NCBI GenBank assembly: GCA_009923495.1
Contig: RFTJ01000004.1
Span: 15,899 to 79,898, forward strand
DNA length: 64,000 nt
Direction: 5' to 3'
Origin: Actinomycetota bacterium
GTDB taxonomy: Bacteria > Actinomycetota > Actinomycetes > S36-B12 > UBA5976
Position 1 is the first letter of the stretch. Every line of letters begins with the position of its first letter. This document shows, one piece after another, positions 1 to 9,977 of the stretch. Under the pieces are notes generated by a model. The model had not been told where the DNA came from and did no database searches. It saw only the letters and a list, made by a program, of their open reading frames with translations. The translations under genes and the position numbers were made by a program.

Positions 1-738
1 TACTGACAATCCGGTGAAAGCGTTTAAAAGAGAAATCACGATTGGCACATCTGCTCCACCAACTGGCAGTACTAACAATATTCCCATCAAAAGTGACAGA
101 CCGAGTAACAGGTAAAGCAAATTGTTCGCTGGACCTGCTACCAATAGCACTGCAGTCCCGACAGTCCCAAGTCCAGCAAGTGAAGTTAGGTAGCGACCGG
201 CTGGCAAAACTACTGGACGAGAAGTCATTAGTTCCTGGAGTTTCATGAAGGTCAGGATTGAGCCCGAAAAGGAAACCGCACCAACTAAGACCGTGAATAC
301 GGTTGCAGCCAATGCGGCTTTTGACTCACTTGCAGTCGGCGCAGAAAACTCAACTACTGAAACAACAGCCGCAGCTCCACCGCCAACGCCGTTAAATAAC
401 GCAACCATCTGTGGCATTTGTGTCATTTGTACGCGCTTTGCAGCAATCCAACCAATAATTGAACCCAGAACAATCGCCGCAAGAATGAACGGTAAGTTGT
501 CGATGAGGTTATCTAAGCCGTCGCCATAGTACTCGTTGCCGTAAAAGAAGATCACAACGGTTGCTACGCCTGCGCCCAATGCGCCGAGCAGGTTTCCCAA
601 CCGGGCCGACTTAGGTGATGACAAACCTTTAAGCGCCAAGATGAATAGGACTGCCGCTCCTAGCTCAACAAGTCGAACCCAGGCAGGCGCTTGCGCTGTA
701 GTTGTAGAGGCTGAAAAATTTACAAAAGTAGCGGTCAT
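1..738 (-). CDS. pntB: NAD(P) transhydrogenase beta subunit (5' part; runs off window)
   Basis: Manual translation from ATG at 738: MTATFVNF...AAVLFILALKGLSSPKSARLGNLLG...MTQMPQMVALFNGVGGGAAA, typical PntB. Directly follows the pntA genes; not in the ORF track because it is truncated. Confidence 0.95.
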   Translation of the reverse strand, partial: MTATFVNFSASTTTAQAPAWVRLVELGAAVLFILALKGLSSPKSARLGNLLGALGAGVATVVIFFYGNEYYGDGLDNLIDNLPFILAAIVLGSIIGWIAAKRVQMTQMPQMVALFNGVGGGAAAVVSVVEFSAPTASESKAALAATVFTVLVGAVSFSGSILTFMKLQELMTSRPVVLPAGRYLTSLAGLGTVGTAVLLVAGPANNLLYLLLGLSLLMGILLVLPVGGADVPIVISLLNAFTGLSV

Positions 739-740
739 AG

Positions 741-1040
741 TTATGCCTCATCCTTTTTTGCAGGCTTAGGTTTAAACATTTCAAGCATCCGATCTGTTAC
801 AACAAATCCGCCAACCATGTTTATCGCGGCCAGAATTATCGCCCCAAGACCAAGAAAGAATCCGATACTGTATTTATCCGATTGGCCAGTTACCAAAATT
901 GCACCAACTAGTACAACACCATGGATGGCGTTTGCACCCGACATCAGCGGAGTATGCAAGACTGCGGAGACCTTAGAGACAACCTCAATCCCGACAAAAA
1001 TGCTAAGAATGAAAATTGTTAGTAGCGAAATAGCATCCAC
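741..1040 (-). CDS. pntAb: NAD(P) transhydrogenase alpha subunit part 2 (membrane)
   Basis: LHTPLMSGANAIHG and NMVGGFVVTDRMLEMFK motifs. Confidence 0.95.
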   Translation of the reverse strand: MDAISLLTIFILSIFVGIEVVSKVSAVLHTPLMSGANAIHGVVLVGAILVTGQSDKYSIGFFLGLGAIILAAINMVGGFVVTDRMLEMFKPKPAKKDEA

Positions 1041-1042
1041 GA

Positions 1043-2218
1043 TTAGTTTCCTTCCAAAGTTTCAGCTAAGGCTGGTAAACCTAATTGCTCACGCGCAACA
1101 GGGTTTCGAACTTCACCTGCATAGACCAATGCACTGCCTGCGATGACCTCGTCAGATAAATCAGGCACTACCTCTCCATCTTTTGTAATGAGTGAAAGTA
1201 GTGAAACTATGTTCTGCGCGTACAACTTGCTACTATGCACTGCTAGTTGGCTCGGCACATCTTTGCCACCAATAAGTTTTACGTGACCGCCCACTGCGGC
1301 AATCAGCACCTCTTCACCAGCAACAGAGCCTTCGACATTTCCACCAGTTTCAGCCGCTAAGTCCACAATTATGGAGCCCGCTTTCATGCCCGAAACCATC
1401 TCACTGGTCAAGAGCAATGGTGCGCGACGACCCGGCACTGCAGCCGTTGTGATAACCACATCTGCTGCTGCAACGTGGGGCTTTAGGGCTTCTTGCTGTG
1501 CTACTGCTCGATCTTGCGCCATTTCACGGGCATAACCACCCGAACCTTCAAGTGCATCGAGTCCAAGATCAATGAAAGTGGCACCCATGGATTTAACTTC
1601 ATCGGCACTTGAGCTTCGCACATCGTAAGCGCTCACTACTGCACCCAGACGTCGAGCGGTCGCCATTGCCTGAAGTCCAGCGACGCCTGCTCCGAGAACA
1701 AGAACTTTTGTTGGCTGCACGGTACCAGCAGCAGTCATTAGCATTGGAAAAAACCGAGATGACTTTTCAGCCGCGATTAGTACGCACCGATAACCAGCGC
1801 AGAGTGCTTGTGAAGTTAGGGCGTCCATTGACTGGGCTCGTGAAATTCGCGGAACAAGTTCAAATGACAGGCTTGTGGCCTTCGCTGCACTCAGAGCCTT
1901 GATTGTCTCCAAATCGTTTGTTGGCGACAGAAATGAAACTGTAATTGCATCTGCTTTAAGTGTGCCTACTCGGGCAGGATCCAAGGGACGAACAGTTGCC
2001 ACAACATCGGCTGAGGCTAATTCGCCGGCCGCAGCAGAAGTTGGAATTACTTTTGCACCAACATTTGAATACTGATAATCGTCGGCTTCGGCCCAGTGTC
2101 CCGCATTCGTTTCAATGCTGACCTCAAGTCCCAATTTGATTAATTTTGCAACAGCCTCTGGCACGAGGGCGACTCGCTTTTCGCCGGTTAGTGTTTCGGC
2201 GGGAACAAAAACCTTCAT
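1043..2218 (-). CDS. pntAa: NAD(P) transhydrogenase alpha subunit part 1 (dI, NAD-binding)
   Basis: EKRVALVP, RISRAQSMDALTSQ, GAGVAGLQA, GSGGYARE motifs. Confidence 0.95.
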   Translation of the reverse strand: MKVFVPAETLTGEKRVALVPEAVAKLIKLGLEVSIETNAGHWAEADDYQYSNVGAKVIPTSAAAGELASADVVATVRPLDPARVGTLKADAITVSFLSPTNDLETIKALSAAKATSLSFELVPRISRAQSMDALTSQALCAGYRCVLIAAEKSSRFFPMLMTAAGTVQPTKVLVLGAGVAGLQAMATARRLGAVVSAYDVRSSSADEVKSMGATFIDLGLDALEGSGGYAREMAQDRAVAQQEALKPHVAAADVVITTAAVPGRRAPLLLTSEMVSGMKAGSIIVDLAAETGGNVEGSVAGEEVLIAAVGGHVKLIGGKDVPSQLAVHSSKLYAQNIVSLLSLITKDGEVVPDLSDEVIAGSALVYAGEVRNPVAREQLGLPALAETLEGN

Positions 2219-2276
2219 ACTTGCTCACTATCTAGTTGGTCTAATCAAAGCGTAGACTCTTGCCACGGTTTATGGG

Positions 2277-3041
2277 CTACCGGACCCGATTAGTGAAGAA
2301 GAGTTGCATTGATAATGCAGTTAAAAGTAAGCAAAACATCGGGATCAGAATCTGCTCAGAGATATTCAAGCTCAAATAGACCCCAAGGAGCCCAGAGGGA
2401 ATTCCTGAAATCCCTGCTGGAATTGCAATTTGCCAATCAACTTGATTATTTCGGTTGTGTAGAAATGTGCCAATCAGCGCAGAAACACAGATTGCTACCA
2501 AACTCGAGCCTCGTGCAACCTCGGGCAAGACTCCAGAGCAAATAATCAATGCGGGCACTATCACTATCCCACCGCCGATGCCCAATAGCCCAGCTAGAGC
2601 GCCAGACAATATTCCGATGACAACCAGGACAACCTGTCCGCTTACCCCAGTGAAAAGTTGGTGCGGTGTAGTAGACCACAACAATCTGGCGGCGACCAAA
2701 ATCAGTAGGCAAGCGAAAAGGTAGGTGAGGGCCTGTGCTGAAACGCGCTGGAAAATGCGAACACCGAAAAACATGCCCAACACTGCGCCTGTCGTTACTA
2801 GCAAGGCTGCAGGCCACGAAACCTGGTCAGCGCTTATGTATCCAGCAAGAGCGGCTGCGCTAATGAACACTACTGCCAGCAATGATGACGCGTTTGCCTT
2901 CTTCTGATTCAGTTTTAGCCAAAGTACAAACAGTGGAGACATGATGAAGCCGCCGCCAATTCCGAATAGCCCAGCAAGCAAGCCTGCCATGCTCCCGACC
3001 GCTAAAGACTTGGGTAAATCGGAACTCAATGATTTAGACAT
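2277..3041 (-). CDS. TauE/SafE family sulfite exporter
   Basis: Duplicated GLxGIGGG motifs in a hydrophobic ~255-aa protein; start moved to ATG 3041 to avoid overlap with the upstream gene. Confidence 0.85.
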   Translation of the reverse strand: MSKSLSSDLPKSLAVGSMAGLLAGLFGIGGGFIMSPLFVLWLKLNQKKANASSLLAVVFISAAALAGYISADQVSWPAALLVTTGAVLGMFFGVRIFQRVSAQALTYLFACLLILVAARLLWSTTPHQLFTGVSGQVVLVVIGILSGALAGLLGIGGGIVIVPALIICSGVLPEVARGSSLVAICVSALIGTFLHNRNNQVDWQIAIPAGISGIPSGLLGVYLSLNISEQILIPMFCLLLTALSMQLFFTNRVR

Positions 3042-3048
3042 CAGTCCA

Positions 3049-4686
3049 TTATTGCTGATTGTCTGAGGACTTTTCTGGCTCTTCAAAGGTGCGAATGCCA
3101 GCGGAAATTCCAGACATTAAGTTTGTTAATTCTTCTCGTTTCTCCTGCAAGGAGACATTCAGTTCATTCGCACGATTTTCTGCTTGGGCAAAGTGTGACC
3201 CCGCTCGGGCAACTTGCTCGGTAATCGCGATGTGGGACTGTGCCCACTGTTCACGCAAAGCAGATATCCGCTCTGATAGCTCGTTCAAAACATCTCGATG
3301 ATTATTTACGGCTGCCAGAGCCTGATCGCGATATTCATTCGCCGCCTGTTGAATGGCTCGAGCCTGTTTTGTTGCATTGGCAACGAGTTCAGCGGCTTCA
3401 CGAGCTGCGGACTCGCGTGCAGTATCCATCAAGTGTTGAGCGGTGGACTTTGCTTCAGTCAAAAGTTGCTCAACCGTTTGATGGGCATCTGTCAGATAGG
3501 CGTTTGCATTACTCATTAAGTCAGCCGAAGACTTTTGAGCATCATCTATCATTTGCTGAGCTCGTTCTTGTGCCTGGGACAAAATCTCTTGGCTTCGGGA
3601 ATTCGCATCTTCGCCAAGAGCCCGACTGTCTGAACTTGCCGTTTCTAACATTGATTGACTCGAGGCCGTTGCCTCGGTAACCAACCTTTGGGCTTCGGCT
3701 TGAGCCGTTTGCAAAAGTGTTTCGGCCTCGGTCTGAACTCGGTTTCTCAACTCTTCAGATTCACGAACTGTTGTGTCTCGGAGCTCGTTTGTGTCGCGCT
3801 CAACACGAGTTCGCAACTCCGTCACATAAGACTCAGTGCGCTCGCGCAATTGAGATAACTCTGCTTCAGTTCTCGTGCGTAATTCTGCAATCTCTTGTTC
3901 CCCGCGAGCAATAACTGCTGCAGCTTCAGCTTGGGCTGAAACCTTCAACTCGTTTGACCACTGCTCGGTACTGCTGCGCAATTCTGCGACATAGCTTTCA
4001 GTTTGTCGTCGAAGATGGGCTACTTCAGATAAGGTCGCATCTCGTAACGCGACAGTTTCGGCTTCGGTACGTTGTCGAAGTTCTGTGGTTTCTTGTTCGA
4101 CTTGCTCCTTTAATAGCTGTGCTTGCAAAGCTGACGCATCTCGAATCTCAGTGGCCTTGGCCAATGTTGCATTTGCCTGGGCAGTCGCTTCGTCAATAAT
4201 CGCAGCAACCTGGCCATCTGAACTTGAAATGGTGGCATCAGCCTGAGCTTGAGCAGCGGCTAGCACGGCACTCGCTTGCTCGCGAGCTGCCTCTAAGGTT
4301 GCCGTTGCTTCGCCGCGCAGTTTGCGGGCATCTACATTTGCAGCTTCGCGAATCCTTCTGGCTTCTACTTCAGCTGATTGTTTTAATGTCTCACGATCAT
4401 TCTCGGCATTTGTTAAAGTCTCGGAGGCTTGTTCCATTAATTTTGCCGCACGCTCACGAGCAGCACGAATAATTACGGCGGCATCTTCAGCGACATACTT
4501 ATTTAAGTCATCTTCATTAATGTCAACAAAACTCGGTCGAGTTATTTGTGCTTCTAAATCCGAAATTTGCTTCTGGAGTATTGCGATTAGTTCCTGTTGC
4601 TCAGCAAAATTTTGCGTTGACCCAGAATCAGAATCGGTTGAGCCACCGAACAGTCGGCCAATGCCTCGTGGTGCATTTTGGCTCAT
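3049..4686 (-). CDS. Long Ala/Glu/Gln-rich coiled-coil protein (FilP/Scy/DivIVA-like)
   Basis: 545 aa, essentially all helical composition with 11-residue periodicity (LRQRTEAETVA LRDATLSEVAH LRRQTESYVAE). Confidence 0.7.
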   Translation of the reverse strand: MSQNAPRGIGRLFGGSTDSDSGSTQNFAEQQELIAILQKQISDLEAQITRPSFVDINEDDLNKYVAEDAAVIIRAARERAAKLMEQASETLTNAENDRETLKQSAEVEARRIREAANVDARKLRGEATATLEAAREQASAVLAAAQAQADATISSSDGQVAAIIDEATAQANATLAKATEIRDASALQAQLLKEQVEQETTELRQRTEAETVALRDATLSEVAHLRRQTESYVAELRSSTEQWSNELKVSAQAEAAAVIARGEQEIAELRTRTEAELSQLRERTESYVTELRTRVERDTNELRDTTVRESEELRNRVQTEAETLLQTAQAEAQRLVTEATASSQSMLETASSDSRALGEDANSRSQEILSQAQERAQQMIDDAQKSSADLMSNANAYLTDAHQTVEQLLTEAKSTAQHLMDTARESAAREAAELVANATKQARAIQQAANEYRDQALAAVNNHRDVLNELSERISALREQWAQSHIAITEQVARAGSHFAQAENRANELNVSLQEKREELTNLMSGISAGIRTFEEPEKSSDNQQ

Positions 4687-4747
4687 TGATTCCTCCCTTA
4701 CGCCCAGACATCAAGAATAGGCGTAAACATACGGCTGGGTAAAAGAG

Positions 4748-6523
4748 TTAACCGTTTCGGGGACGCCTCGATGGGCCGCTAGCTGAAGATTTCCGCCGAT
4801 TTTGCCCACCGCCCTGACGACGACCGCCGCCTGAAGGGGCACTTTTTGGCAGTTTCCAAGGCTTGCCAGAGGGAGCTTGCGCCCCAGTAATGGCAACTAA
4901 CTCTCTTGAATTGGCCGAGACTCGTTGTACCTCAGGAGTAACACCAATGCGACTCATCATGCCCAATACTGTTCGTTGTTGACGAGGTCCAATCAGCGTA
5001 ACGACCTTCCCTTCATCTCCAGCTCTAGCGGTGCGACCTGAGCGATGCAAGTAATCTTTTGGATCGCCGGGTGGATCTACATGAACCACAAGCGATATTC
5101 CATCAACATGAATACCGCGCGCAGCCACATCGGTTGCGACTAAAACGTCGGTTACGCCATCTCGAAATTCGTTGATGGTGCGCGTTCTCAGATTTTGAGA
5201 TTTGCCACCGTGCAATGCACCAACTGGAATACCTGCGTTTGCTAACTCACCTGCAACTCTGTCTGCAGCTGCTTGTGTTCGGACAAACAGAATCGTCTTG
5301 CCGTTGCGCGCAGCGATTCTGGTTAGGACTTCATCCTTTTCAGAGCGGTCAACCACAAGAATGTGGTGCTCCATGGTAGTGACACTGGCACCAACCGCTG
5401 AAGTCTCGTGCAGGACAGGGTTCTTTAAGTATGCAGAAACAAGTCGATCTACATCGCCATCTAATGTTGCGCTGAACAAGAGTCTTTGACCTTTAGTTGG
5501 CACTAGATCTAGAATCTCTACCATCTGGGGCATAAAGCCCATGTCACACATTTGATCTGCCTCATCAAGCACAACTATTTGAATGTTGGATAAGTCTGCG
5601 TGACCTTGATCAACTAAATCACTTAGTCGTCCTGGGGTTGAAACCAGAATTTGGACTCCACGACGAAGTGCATCAATCTGTTTTGCATAAGGCATGCCGC
5701 CAGCAATGAGGCGTACATCCAAATCAACTGTGTGAGCCAGCGGTGTCAATGCATCGGTTACCTGCATGGCGAGTTCTCTAGTTGGGACTAATACCAATCC
5801 CAATGGTTGGTTTGGCTTTCCCTTACGACCAGCGAGTTTGGTGAGCATCGCCAAACCAAAAGCCAAAGTCTTTCCCGATCCAGTTTGAGCCCGTCCGAGT
5901 ACATCAATGCCACTGATTGCGTCGGGTAGCGTGGCTCGTTGGATCGCGAAAGGCTCGGTTATGCCGTCTCTGGCAAGGAGCTTAACTAGGGCAGGATGTA
6001 CCCCAACAGATTCAAACGTCTCATTTTCCTGCGTGGTCGGAAGCACCCGTTTTGCCACCAGTTTTGTTGGTTGCTTGGTATTGTTCGGCACTCTACGGTC
6101 CGATTTTAGTTTCTCTATCCGAGGCCTTGGGGCAGCTGACTTCTTCGCTCTAGGTTTTCGTTCACCATCAAAATCGGCTCTTTTCGACCTAGGCTTATCT
6201 TCAAATTTTGTTTTAGTGCGATCTGCTCGAGGCTCAGACTTTGCACTTCGGGAATCGAATTTTGAGCCTTTAGATTTTGCAGTGGCTCTGCTTTTCGTCT
6301 CTGATTTCTTGGGTCGCGAAGTGCTTGTTGCCAATTCCTCATCTGTCATAAATCGCTTGGGCTTGGTGTTAATCGTGCGCTTCTTAGAATTCTTAGTCTT
6401 TGTTGATGATGATTTACTAACGGCTTTTTTGGACTTTGCCGATTTTGCCGCTTTTCCAGCAGCCCGATCTTTTTGCAATTTACGCTGGCGTGGCTTTAGG
6501 GGCTTGGAATTAGACTCTGACAT
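4748..6523 (-). CDS. DEAD-box RNA helicase with basic N-terminal extension
   Basis: AQTGSGKT, PTRELA, TPGR, DEAD, SAT, ARGIH, HRSGRTAR motifs. Confidence 0.95.
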   Translation of the reverse strand: MSESNSKPLKPRQRKLQKDRAAGKAAKSAKSKKAVSKSSSTKTKNSKKRTINTKPKRFMTDEELATSTSRPKKSETKSRATAKSKGSKFDSRSAKSEPRADRTKTKFEDKPRSKRADFDGERKPRAKKSAAPRPRIEKLKSDRRVPNNTKQPTKLVAKRVLPTTQENETFESVGVHPALVKLLARDGITEPFAIQRATLPDAISGIDVLGRAQTGSGKTLAFGLAMLTKLAGRKGKPNQPLGLVLVPTRELAMQVTDALTPLAHTVDLDVRLIAGGMPYAKQIDALRRGVQILVSTPGRLSDLVDQGHADLSNIQIVVLDEADQMCDMGFMPQMVEILDLVPTKGQRLLFSATLDGDVDRLVSAYLKNPVLHETSAVGASVTTMEHHILVVDRSEKDEVLTRIAARNGKTILFVRTQAAADRVAGELANAGIPVGALHGGKSQNLRTRTINEFRDGVTDVLVATDVAARGIHVDGISLVVHVDPPGDPKDYLHRSGRTARAGDEGKVVTLIGPRQQRTVLGMMSRIGVTPEVQRVSANSRELVAITGAQAPSGKPWKLPKSAPSGGGRRQGGGQNRRKSSASGPSRRPRNG

Positions 6524-6652
6524 TTATACCCCTGAACCTGGCTAGTTAATCTAGCGGTACTAACGCTATGGGAGAAATGCTCGTTAACCTAATTCATTCA
6601 GGATTTACCTTCATAAATGCACCTTTAGGTGTCTAATGGCAAACAAATGACT

Positions 6653-7336
6653 TTAACTAACACTTAATTCCGACACGGTTCGAAAATTTAAAATCTTCTG
6701 CAGTAGCGCCGAAAGCGACACAACATTCTCTTCTATTAGGTCTAATGACAATTCATGTGTTGGGCCATCAGGAACATGCGCATCACCAATATCAAAGTCT
6801 CCTGAAGTCAGAATCGAGTTTGTTTTTGCTATCAGTCCGCGATTAGCATCCAGTTCATTCATGAGCCAGTTCCATCTCGCATCTATTGCATCGGGCAACG
6901 GGGGCGCAAAAAAGCTCACTGGCTGCTCAGGATCGGGCGAGACAAACAGACTGCCATCAACTACTCCGTCATAAATTTTTTCTAAAATCTCTACGGCCTG
7001 CGGAAGTGTGTAAATTCGGGTGCGCAATTTCGGAAAAGACTTAACAAGGTGAGCCATATGCATTTGCTCCATGGTGAGTACCAGACCTTGAGTTAGGGGA
7101 TCTTCTCCCCTAAAAAGATCGGAAACGCCAGGGTCGGAAATTTCAAATCTTTGGGAAGCGACTACGCACCGATTATCTCCAGGAAGTGCATGGGTGCCTC
7201 GAGAGATAACTTCCACCGCAAAACCCAACTCAGCCAGCCAGCCAGCGGCTTCCCTGCGAAATATAAATTCAGCAATAGGGCTACGGCACATATTTGCCGT
7301 GCAGACAAAAGTTATTGAGTTATCTACGGTATTCAT
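6653..7336 (-). CDS. Low-molecular-weight protein tyrosine phosphatase family protein
   Basis: N-terminal P-loop FVCTANMCRSP. Confidence 0.8.
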   Translation of the reverse strand: MNTVDNSITFVCTANMCRSPIAEFIFRREAAGWLAELGFAVEVISRGTHALPGDNRCVVASQRFEISDPGVSDLFRGEDPLTQGLVLTMEQMHMAHLVKSFPKLRTRIYTLPQAVEILEKIYDGVVDGSLFVSPDPEQPVSFFAPPLPDAIDARWNWLMNELDANRGLIAKTNSILTSGDFDIGDAHVPDGPTHELSLDLIEENVVSLSALLQKILNFRTVSELSVS

Positions 7337-9108
7337 TACCTACAGCCTAAACCAGCAATGACCTTTGTCTTGACTGGATTAGGCATTGACTGCGTCCAAA
7401 GAGTAGGTGCTGGTTCAGTGCCAGTTGCCGGTTCTGCATATTTCACTAACAACTTCTGAGTCGACTGCGCTGGTAATTCCAGATCAAAACGGAGTACTTC
7501 CCTGCCCATGTCCGTGCCTTCAGCTACTGGCAGAACTTGCTTGCTGCCAATTTGTGCTGATTCGAAAACAGAACCCAGAGGTACGTGCAGGTAAACAAGC
7601 ATCTTGGTAGCGCCTGGATTTCTCGGTGTCAGAGTTCCAAGGTCAAACCGGGTAGTTACATAAGCAGGAAGCCCAGAAGTTGGAGCAGTGTTATGCAAAC
7701 TAATCGACATGGAAGCATCACGGAATGGGAATTCTGCCTCACAAACTCCTTGATCGTAAACAACATCGGCTTGAACATAGGCATCTAATTTGTTACCGGC
7801 GCCGTTGATGAATACAGCGGCGGCAGTTGGATTATTGAGATTATCCAATGAACCACCGATTGGAGTTCGTGAAATCTTTGCTTGGACAGATTTTTCCTTT
7901 GCCCACCCATGCAAATTCTTTTCATGAATGGCAGGAATGAAAGCCTGCAGAATTCTAAGTGGACTTATAGCGCCCGTCTGAAATTTAGCGAACGTCTTTT
8001 CAATTATTGAAAAAACGGCTGCATCCTTTTGCTTAGGGTTCTCAAAATCTTGGTAAACGCCGCGAGTTACATACTCCACAGCGTTTTCAGATGATATCTG
8101 CTTGCCTTTCACAGTAACTGGACCAGTTACTCGCATAAAATTTGCTAACGCCTGCTCATTCATTGATAGCACGCCATCGACTTGAACGCCAAAGTTCAGT
8201 TCTTCAAGGGCGACCATTAGACGAGCATTCGTTGGAAAGTCCGGCGAGAGATTAAGGTCAGAAAATCTAGATAAATCACTGCCGTAGAGATTCGCTTGAT
8301 CGGACGATACATAATCGGCGTAGTTGGTTAATGGCTTTTTCATGAGTACTGTTTCTTTGTACAAGGGTGAGAGCGCCAAGCGACCTGCATCTGCAGTAAG
8401 AATTCCCCAGCCACCTGGGAATCCGCCGACCGATCTTGCCTCAGCACCATTTTGAAAAACCAACATCCACTTTCGGGGCCGATCAAGGCCAAGCAGTGAA
8501 GGGGCAACCGTGCTAAACATCTCGGCATCTGCTGTTATCGGAGCTAATGCTTGATATCCCGAAGTCAAAGTTTTAACCGGACTTGCAATCAAACTAGGCA
8601 CACCACTTAGCCGTAAATTGCTTAGACTTTGTGCGCCATCGGCCACCGGCTTTCTTAAGGAAACCAACGAGTCACTAAGACTTAAAAGAAATTTGAAGTC
8701 GCGTAGCGAGCTATTGTTTGCGCCACTAGAAAGTTTTGACTCGAGCCCATTGGTGGCCGAAAGTGTGTCATTTAAGGTACCAGTGACTGTTCTAATTGCA
8801 GTTGGGGTTCGACCAATATAAGGAGTATGCGAAAAGATCCACCAAATCAAGCCAGTTGATGATTTGTGGGCATCGGCCACTTCCACCCTGATGTTAGTTA
8901 GCAGTTCGGCCGCGTCCTTGCCGTTGAAATTACTACCAGCAGAGTTGGCTTGCTGCACCTGGCTCTTAACTCGGGAGAGGTGGTACTGAACTTGAACGCC
9001 TGAATAGGTCAGATACGCAATCGAACCAATAGTAAAAAGCAGAAAGGTGATGAGGACTGGTTTTAAAAATTTCCGCAAAGGCTGACCGGGATCAACTAAT
9101 TCAGTCAA
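7336..9108 (-). CDS. DUF4012 domain membrane-anchored protein
   Basis: N-terminal TM; LVFQNGAEARSVGG, NLSPDFPT, GNKLDAY motifs typical of DUF4012. Confidence 0.85.
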   Translation of the reverse strand: MTELVDPGQPLRKFLKPVLITFLLFTIGSIAYLTYSGVQVQYHLSRVKSQVQQANSAGSNFNGKDAAELLTNIRVEVADAHKSSTGLIWWIFSHTPYIGRTPTAIRTVTGTLNDTLSATNGLESKLSSGANNSSLRDFKFLLSLSDSLVSLRKPVADGAQSLSNLRLSGVPSLIASPVKTLTSGYQALAPITADAEMFSTVAPSLLGLDRPRKWMLVFQNGAEARSVGGFPGGWGILTADAGRLALSPLYKETVLMKKPLTNYADYVSSDQANLYGSDLSRFSDLNLSPDFPTNARLMVALEELNFGVQVDGVLSMNEQALANFMRVTGPVTVKGKQISSENAVEYVTRGVYQDFENPKQKDAAVFSIIEKTFAKFQTGAISPLRILQAFIPAIHEKNLHGWAKEKSVQAKISRTPIGGSLDNLNNPTAAAVFINGAGNKLDAYVQADVVYDQGVCEAEFPFRDASMSISLHNTAPTSGLPAYVTTRFDLGTLTPRNPGATKMLVYLHVPLGSVFESAQIGSKQVLPVAEGTDMGREVLRFDLELPAQSTQKLLVKYAEPATGTEPAPTLWTQSMPNPVKTKVIAGLGCR

Positions 9109-9264
9109 CTAAGTCACCTCGCTGTGATTATGTCGCACGCAGTCAATTCGCGAAAATAAACGAATGAAGCAAGTAACCGGGGGAACGCTCGACTACAACA
9201 CAGTCTAATAGAAATGCCAACTAGAAAAGCGGATAGCAAGAGCTAAACTTTTAAGAAAAAGAGA

Positions 9265-9867
9265 TTACTTTCCAGTGAACTTGTAAGTTGTCTTAATCTT
9301 GCCAATCGTCAAAACAAAAGTATTATTTTTACCCTTGATAAAAGTCTTTGCCGGAATTGTTATTGTGGCGATATTTGCCTTTGGCTTAACTTTCACCGTG
9401 ATTTTCTTCTTGGTCTTCTTGCCAGCCTTGGGTGTCAGAGTTAAGACAGTTCCGGGTTTTAGGAACTTCAATTTAACAAGCGTTTTCGCCGAAATTTTGC
9501 CCGTCTTAGGTGCTGTGACACTTGGTACATAAAGTTTCACCGATGCCACTTCATCCGGAAGTTTTGGATTTGAAGGGGTGGTTACCGTGATTGTATAAAT
9601 TCCAGATGCTAGGCCAGTCAATGTTTTAGTAATAGCGCCAGTCTCAGTAGTTGCATCGCTAGATTTTTTTCCAACAACGATAGTTGTGACAGCGTTTGGC
9701 TTCGCATTATTGATAGAAAGTTTGGTCTTGCCCTTCTTGGCAACAATCAAATCAGGGGTTAGCGTGGCTGAAACTGGTGTTCCAGGCGGATATGCTACGA
9801 CCGGAATGTACGCACCAACAAGAACAATGGCTAATGCCAGTGCTATGGAGCGAAAATTGAACTTCAC
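9265..9867 (-). CDS. Secreted Lys/Thr-rich hypothetical protein
   Basis: Likely GTG start at 9867 after GAAGGGA; signal-peptide-like segment ending VA-YPPG; beta-rich and very basic. Confidence 0.65.
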   Translation of the reverse strand: MKFNFRSIALALAIVLVGAYIPVVAYPPGTPVSATLTPDLIVAKKGKTKLSINNAKPNAVTTIVVGKKSSDATTETGAITKTLTGLASGIYTITVTTPSNPKLPDEVASVKLYVPSVTAPKTGKISAKTLVKLKFLKPGTVLTLTPKAGKKTKKKITVKVKPKANIATITIPAKTFIKGKNNTFVLTIGKIKTTYKFTGK

Positions 9868-9977
9868 TTGATTTCCCTTCGAGACTTTCAAATCTAGAAA
9901 ATCATAACCCAGATAAGGTAGTGCTCGAAACCAAATATTGGACAAAATGGCACCTTTTGACAAAAAGTTACCAATAT

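Noticed and set aside
5907-6545. 212-aa plus-strand ORF
   Set aside because: Antisense shadow of the Lys-rich helicase N-terminus; Phe/Leu richness mirrors the AAA codons
9123-9137. TGTGA-TTATG-TCGCA as a CRP site before DUF4012
   Set aside because: Spacer is 5 rather than 6 nt and one half-site is mismatched
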